Part shown: positions 58,907 to 64,000 of the stretch, piece by piece
Layout of the letters: each line of letters begins with the position of its first letter
Position numbering within the stretch: the first letter of the stretch is position 1
Assembly: GCA_030600545.1 (NCBI GenBank)
Contig: JAUVLV010000006.1
Coordinates: forward strand, 359-64,358
DNA length: 64,000 nt
Origin: Candidatus Aegiribacteria sp.
GTDB lineage: Bacteria > Fermentibacterota > Fermentibacteria > Fermentibacterales > JCC-6
Direction of reading: 5' to 3'
Position numbers and translations under genes: made by a program
The notes under the pieces: model-generated
What the model was told of the DNA's origin: nothing
Seen by the model: only the letters and a program-made list of their open reading frames with translations
Databases searched by the model: none

Positions 58907-60349
58907 TTAATCCAGGGTCTCAAGCACCGATACAAAGAACTTCCAGAAACGCTGAAGGGAAGAAATGCTGGCTCTTTCGCCGGGTATGTGAACATCCCTG
59001 ATATCAGGACCCATGGATATCATATCCATTCCCCCCACTCTGTCACCTATAATGCCGCATTCCAGCCCGGCATGTATGGATTCGATTCGTGGTTCATTTC
59101 CCGAGACTTCCCTGTATATCTCAATAAGTTTTTCAAGCAGTTCGGATTTCGGATCAGGCATCCACCCGGGATACGAGCCACCTATGGTGAATGTGCATCC
59201 TGCCATCCGCGCAATAGCAGCGATTTTGTTTCCAAGAGCGATTTTCGCGGTTGCCAGCGAACTTCTTGCGGATAGCTCAACAGCGAACTCATTATCATTC
59301 ATGGAAACAATAGAAAGGTTGACCGAAGTTTCTACCAGTCCGTTTATCACGCCACTCATCTTTTCCACACCATGTGGAAGAACAAGGAGCAGTTCCGCAA
59401 TCTTCAAACTGGTTGCATAATCTACAGGTTCAGCCTTAAGAGGTTCATGCTCCATCCGGACTTGAATTCCATCTTCGATACCCATGTATTCAAGTGCCAG
59501 CTCAACTGATACCTGATTCAGGTATTCAATTGCTGAATTAAGCTCTTCATGCGGGAAATGGACAAGAGCGGCTGCATTTCGCGGTATCGCGTTTCTCTTT
59601 GTACCTCCAGAGATGTCAGCTATGAGGCAGTTATAATTTACACAGAGATCTCTGAGAATTCGTCCAAGAAAACGGATCGCGTTTCCACGGTTCTTGTCTA
59701 TTTCCATTCCGGAATGACCGCCCTTCAGCCCGGCGATTTCAAGACGATAACAGTTTACAGATTCGGATCGTTCCAGAGGCATTTCCAGATGAAAATCCAT
59801 TCCACCTGCACATCCTACCGTAAACATTCCCTCATCCTCCGAATCAAGATTTATCAAACGCCTGAACTTCATCCACTCCGGGTCAAGGTTACCGGCTCCC
59901 GTCATTCCCCTTTCTTCATCTGTTGTAAAAAGACATTCCAGTGGAGGGTGGGAAATGTTTTTGGAATCCAGTACTGCAAGCATAATCGCAACACCGATCC
60001 CGTTATCCGCTCCAAGAGTAGTATCGGGAGATGTAACCCAGTCACCCTGGATGACCGGAACTATGGGATCTTTTGAATGATCATGGTTGCTTTCATCCGT
60101 TTTTTCCGGAACAATATCGACATGAGCCTGCAGGACAAGTCCGGGATGATCAGCTGCCATACCTGAACCTTCAGCACAGATAAGAACATTATTTTCACCA
60201 TCCCGTTTGCATTCCAGATTCCTTTTCTCAGCGAATTCAACCAGAAAATCCGTAATTCTCTTCTCCTCACCTGACGGCCTGGGAATTCTGCTTATTTCCT
60301 CAAACCAGTACCAGACTTCTTTCGGCTCGATGTTCTCTAATATTCTCAT
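58907..60349 (-). CDS. pepD: Aminoacyl-histidine dipeptidase
   Basis: QAHVD, LGADNG, DEE, NLDSE, GGHSG, HAGLECG. Confidence 0.94.
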   Translation of the reverse strand: MRILENIEPKEVWYWFEEISRIPRPSGEEKRITDFLVEFAEKRNLECKRDGENNVLICAEGSGMAADHPGLVLQAHVDIVPEKTDESNHDHSKDPIVPVIQGDWVTSPDTTLGADNGIGVAIMLAVLDSKNISHPPLECLFTTDEERGMTGAGNLDPEWMKFRRLINLDSEDEGMFTVGCAGGMDFHLEMPLERSESVNCYRLEIAGLKGGHSGMEIDKNRGNAIRFLGRILRDLCVNYNCLIADISGGTKRNAIPRNAAALVHFPHEELNSAIEYLNQVSVELALEYMGIEDGIQVRMEHEPLKAEPVDYATSLKIAELLLVLPHGVEKMSGVINGLVETSVNLSIVSMNDNEFAVELSARSSLATAKIALGNKIAAIARMAGCTFTIGGSYPGWMPDPKSELLEKLIEIYREVSGNEPRIESIHAGLECGIIGDRVGGMDMISMGPDIRDVHIPGERASISSLQRFWKFFVSVLETLD

Positions 60350-60355
60350 CTATAC

Positions 60356-61090
60356 TTACCTTTCGTATCTCTCGAATTCATGATGTATACTTTCACCCGG
60401 ACTTCTGAATGTGTTGAGGAAATATCCAAAGAAAATGTTTCCTGTGTCAATCGATGGCCCATCATCAAGCACCGATTGCAGATCAATGCCATTATCCTTC
60501 AGGAGTTTAGCCTCCTCAGAGAAGAATCTGTTACCTTCACTGCGGGCAAATTCAGGATGGAACTGCATGCTGAAAAGGTTCTTCTTTCTGTCAATGAAAG
60601 CCTGGATTTCTGTATGACCGTTCCTGGCTATTAACTCAGCCGTTTGGGGAATTGCAAGCACTCTGTCAAAATGTGATTGAAAAACTCTTGAAACGGGCGC
60701 GACTCCCGGTATTTCCAGTCCAGCGCCCGTCATTTCCACATCGATCCAGCCTGCTTCCAAACCATTGGGACAGCTGCCTACAGCTGAAGATCCCTGAAGG
60801 GCTCTGCAGATAAGCTGATGACCGTAACAAACACCCATCTGAGGAATACCCGCCTTAACACATTTTCTTACAATATGTTCCGCACCTTCAAGGAATTCCG
60901 CATCTGAACATATGGATAAGCTTGATCCGGTATGCATTACATGTGAATACTCAAGGGGGTCGGGAAAACTTTCACCAGAATAGACATAAATCGATGTTGA
61001 ATCACAGCCATCAGGAAACCATCTTCTGAAAAGAGGTGCCTCTGAACGATCGGATGAATAATCAAGTATCAGAACATTTTCAGGATTCAT
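60356..61090 (-). CDS. Class I glutamine amidotransferase
   Basis: GVCYGHQ, QSHFD, QFHPE; ATG 61090. Confidence 0.88.
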   Translation of the reverse strand: MNPENVLILDYSSDRSEAPLFRRWFPDGCDSTSIYVYSGESFPDPLEYSHVMHTGSSLSICSDAEFLEGAEHIVRKCVKAGIPQMGVCYGHQLICRALQGSSAVGSCPNGLEAGWIDVEMTGAGLEIPGVAPVSRVFQSHFDRVLAIPQTAELIARNGHTEIQAFIDRKKNLFSMQFHPEFARSEGNRFFSEEAKLLKDNGIDLQSVLDDGPSIDTGNIFFGYFLNTFRSPGESIHHEFERYER

Positions 61091-61097
61091 GTTTTCC

Positions 61098-61514
61098 TCA
61101 GGATTTCCTGATGATGATATCGTAGCTGAGTTCCGCTTTTCCCCGAAGCATTTCACTTACACCGCAATATTTCTCCTGAGAAAGACTTACAGCCCGTTCG
61201 ATTTTTTTGCGCGGCAGATCCTCACCTGTGAAAACGAACTCAACTTTTATGTGTTTGAATATCTTAGGATGCTTTTCAGTAGTTTCAGCGCTGGCTTTTA
61301 CAGTAAGTTCGTAATCCCTGACTTTCATTTTTTCCAGGATGGAAACTGCATCCATACCTGTGCAGCCAATAAGGGCTGCAAGTATAAGATTCTTGGGTCT
61401 CGGCCCTCGATTCTGGCCTCCGTGTTCAGCGGATCCGTCGATTGTGAATGTGTGATTGTCCTGGCTTATCGAGAATTCAAGACCTCCCTGCCAGACAGCC
61501 GTACTACTTGGCAT
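61098..61514 (-). CDS. OsmC-family protein
   Basis: GPRPK, GCTGMD, EKYCGV. Confidence 0.9.
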   Translation of the reverse strand: MPSSTAVWQGGLEFSISQDNHTFTIDGSAEHGGQNRGPRPKNLILAALIGCTGMDAVSILEKMKVRDYELTVKASAETTEKHPKIFKHIKVEFVFTGEDLPRKKIERAVSLSQEKYCGVSEMLRGKAELSYDIIIRKS

Positions 61515-61677
61515 TATACACTCCGTTTCTTCAGCATGAACAGTATCGAATTTTCAATATCATAATACAAATAAACAGGTGTAATGAATACGGCTGGTCA
61601 GCTTCATGCAGAACACAGGATAGGCTGAAAACTGAGTAATTGATATAAGAAAACACAGCGGAAACAGTTGGGTTTAA

Positions 61678-62280
61678 TCAGGGGAAGCTGTTCAGTCCCA
61701 TGAAATTCGTTACTTTCCACTGGTCATCATCTTTTACAAGATTAGCTTCGTAGGGAAGCTGAACCCCCGATGCAGTACTGAATATCAGCGGAATGACAAG
61801 CTCGTCACCGTTGATCGAATATTCGCCTATCTGCATGTCATATAGTGAATAACGGGCTTTCATAACGGGAAGCACGATTGTATTTTTTAAATAGTCAATT
61901 GATGACCAGTCATCTATTTCATCCGCAGTTGCCGTATAGCCTGCAGCGCTCAATCTGGACATCGTAGATTCTTCGTTGTCTTCTATACTCTCCTTTAGAA
62001 TATCCAGCATTATGTCTATTTCATCCAGTCCATCTTCGGAGATAAGCTGTGATATCATAAAGCTATCACCAGTTTTCAGAGCCTGCAAAAACTCCTGGAG
62101 CACAGATGACGGGTCATTAACTAAAGTATCAGCAGACACGTTTTCAACGGGGATGGGAACCTCTTCCGTGGTCTGAAGTGAATCCTGTGAGGAAGGGACA
62201 TCCTCAATAGGTTGAGCGTAGACACTTGCAGCAAACATCACCATCAATACGGTCAGAAATGTTATTTGTTTCAACAACAC
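61678..62280 (-). CDS. Secreted hypothetical protein
   Basis: Signal peptide ending VYA; RBS GGAGG; acidic. Confidence 0.7.
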   Translation of the reverse strand: MLLKQITFLTVLMVMFAASVYAQPIEDVPSSQDSLQTTEEVPIPVENVSADTLVNDPSSVLQEFLQALKTGDSFMISQLISEDGLDEIDIMLDILKESIEDNEESTMSRLSAAGYTATADEIDDWSSIDYLKNTIVLPVMKARYSLYDMQIGEYSINGDELVIPLIFSTASGVQLPYEANLVKDDDQWKVTNFMGLNSFP

Positions 62281-62467
62281 CCTCCTCAGATATCAAGAGA
62301 CTCCAAACACATAAAATAAATAGTGAATAAAAGCAAGGAGAGCAAATCACACTTTTACTGCCTCTGCATACTGCCGGACTCATCATCTGCTACGCATTCC
62401 ATAAGTCCAACAGGGACAATATGATTAAGCAATTCTACTGATACAAGGACAAAGCACTCCATTGCAC

Positions 62468-63685
62468 TTACTCAGAACCCCAAATGCCGAGCGTTTCGAG
62501 AACAATTCTGTAGGACAGCTCAAGTCCCTTCACAGCAACCCATTCTTTTCTGGAGTGAAATAGCTCCCCTCCTGTGGGCAGATTAACAGTGGGTATTCCC
62601 ATAAAAGACAATCTGGAGCCATCTGTACCACCGCGAATTGAGCTTTCCTCCGGTTCAAGCCCCGCTGCCTTTGTTCCCCTGAGAGCGAATTCCACCGCCC
62701 TTTTGTCCTCCCGAAGGATCTCTCCGGGATTTCTGTACTGTTCCGACAATTCCAGAGATATTTCCGCTCTCGGATATTTTACCTGAATCCATTTTTCAAG
62801 GCTCTTCATCGTTTCAATCCTTGATTCCATTCCTTCGGATGTAAAATCACGTAAAATCATCTTCAGATCTCCCTCAGAGGTAACAGATGATATGGAAAGC
62901 GGGTAATGATATCCCTCATCGCCCGAACTGTTTTCCGGCATTTCTTCGGAAACTATCGATCCTACAATATCAGCCAGAACCCTTACCGCGTTTACCATTA
63001 TTCCCTTGGCACTTCCGGGATGTACTTCTCTTCCCTTCACATTCCAGTTCGCAGACCAGGCATTAAAAGTCTGGATATCAACTTTTCCGACGGAACCTCC
63101 ATCGATAGTATAGGCGAAATCGGCACCGAACCTCTCCGTGTCAAAATTATCCATACCCCTTCCCACTTCTTCATCGGTTGTAAAAGCAATCCTCAGCGGT
63201 GGTCTGGGTATTCCTCCGTCGCTTATCAGAGTTCGCAGTATTTTCATAATGATTGCAACGCCAGCCTTGTCATCGGCACCAAGAAGTGTTGTCCCGTCTG
63301 AAGTGATAATAGTATTTCCAACATATCTTAGCATATCAGTCGTATCGGATGGATCAATCACCACCCCATCGCAAAGCTCAATTGGATTTCCATCCCAGTT
63401 ATGATGAAGAACGGGGTTCACGTTTTCACCCGGGGCTTCCGGTGAAGTGTCCACATGGGCAAGAAGGCCTATCACAGTATCTCCGTATCCGTCTCCGGGC
63501 AGTGAAGCATAGAGAGTGCCCTTCTCATCAAGTTCAATATCATCCATCCCCAATTCCATGAGTTCGTCCTCAAGTACTCTCAGGAATTTAATCTGCCTGT
63601 CAGTAGATGGCGATGCCGAAGAGGACGAATCGGAAGCGGTATTGATTCGTGTATACCTGAGGAATCTATCGGTAAGGTCTGACAT
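62468..63685 (-). CDS. pepT: Peptidase T
   Basis: AHVDTS, LLGADDKAG, DEEVG, HPGSAKG, IRGGTDG. Confidence 0.95.
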   Translation of the reverse strand: MSDLTDRFLRYTRINTASDSSSSASPSTDRQIKFLRVLEDELMELGMDDIELDEKGTLYASLPGDGYGDTVIGLLAHVDTSPEAPGENVNPVLHHNWDGNPIELCDGVVIDPSDTTDMLRYVGNTIITSDGTTLLGADDKAGVAIIMKILRTLISDGGIPRPPLRIAFTTDEEVGRGMDNFDTERFGADFAYTIDGGSVGKVDIQTFNAWSANWNVKGREVHPGSAKGIMVNAVRVLADIVGSIVSEEMPENSSGDEGYHYPLSISSVTSEGDLKMILRDFTSEGMESRIETMKSLEKWIQVKYPRAEISLELSEQYRNPGEILREDKRAVEFALRGTKAAGLEPEESSIRGGTDGSRLSFMGIPTVNLPTGGELFHSRKEWVAVKGLELSYRIVLETLGIWGSE

Positions 63686-63801
63686 TGTTTCTCCTTTTCA
63701 ATCGTTGATCGTATGATGTATATATACCCAAGTGTAAATATGGAAACAGCCTCAGATCATCAGTTCATGTTGTATCCTTCAATCGGGAAGAAGGTATGTA
63801 A

Positions 63802-64000
63802 GTGATATCGTTCAGGGATAGAAGCATTGTATCCATTAGAGATATGTCGCATGATGATCTGATCAAAATTGTGGAAACAACAGAACTTGTAAAAAACGGG
63901 GAAATATCAGGCTTTCTTGAAGGAAAAACAGTAGCAACGCTTTTCTTCGAGCCTTCAACAAGAACTCGCCTGTCGTTTGAATCAGCTGTATTCAAAAGCG
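63802..64000 (+). CDS. pyrB: Aspartate carbamoyltransferase, 3'-partial (absent from the ORF track)
   Basis: Manual translation MISFRDRSIVSIRD...LFFEPSTRTRLSFES. Confidence 0.92.
   Translation, partial: MISFRDRSIVSIRDMSHDDLIKIVETTELVKNGEISGFLEGKTVATLFFEPSTRTRLSFESAVFKS

Noticed and set aside
62281-62467. 35-codon minus-strand mini-ORF after pepT
   Set aside because: No RBS or motif support
63765-63995. 76-aa minus-strand ORF
   Set aside because: Shadow of pyrB on the plus strand

Overview
Bacterial chromosomal window, mostly housekeeping genes: rpsF-ssb-ssb2-rpsR-DUF2232-rplI-tsaD-acpS-nnr, purH, nadE, rnr, pcm, rarA, apt, rpsT, dtxR-feoA-feoB, glgC, ychF, glmS/glmM, leuCD-like, pepD, pepT, partial pyrB, and three tRNAs. 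Several secreted proteins carry a FlgD-Ig/T9SS-like C-terminal domain, suggesting an FCB-group organism (possibly Ca. Fermentibacterota; an inference). The main accessory region is about 9.0-17.7 kb. It holds an integron cassette array with no intact integrase in the window: an attI-like site, four cassettes, three intact attC sites with complementary core sites, and a possible 18-codon intI stump. The fourth attC is interrupted right after its AAC by an IS110-family element of IS1111-type layout. That element has a 480-nt structured 3' non-coding region built from two related modules (candidate bridge/seek RNA) and a predicted circle-junction promoter. Next is an AbiE toxin-antitoxin pair bracketed by a diverged duplicate of a neighbouring gene's 3' end. 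The same scar pattern recurs around a methyltransferase gene at 46.8-47.9 kb. All calls come from reading motifs by eye; no database searches were run.
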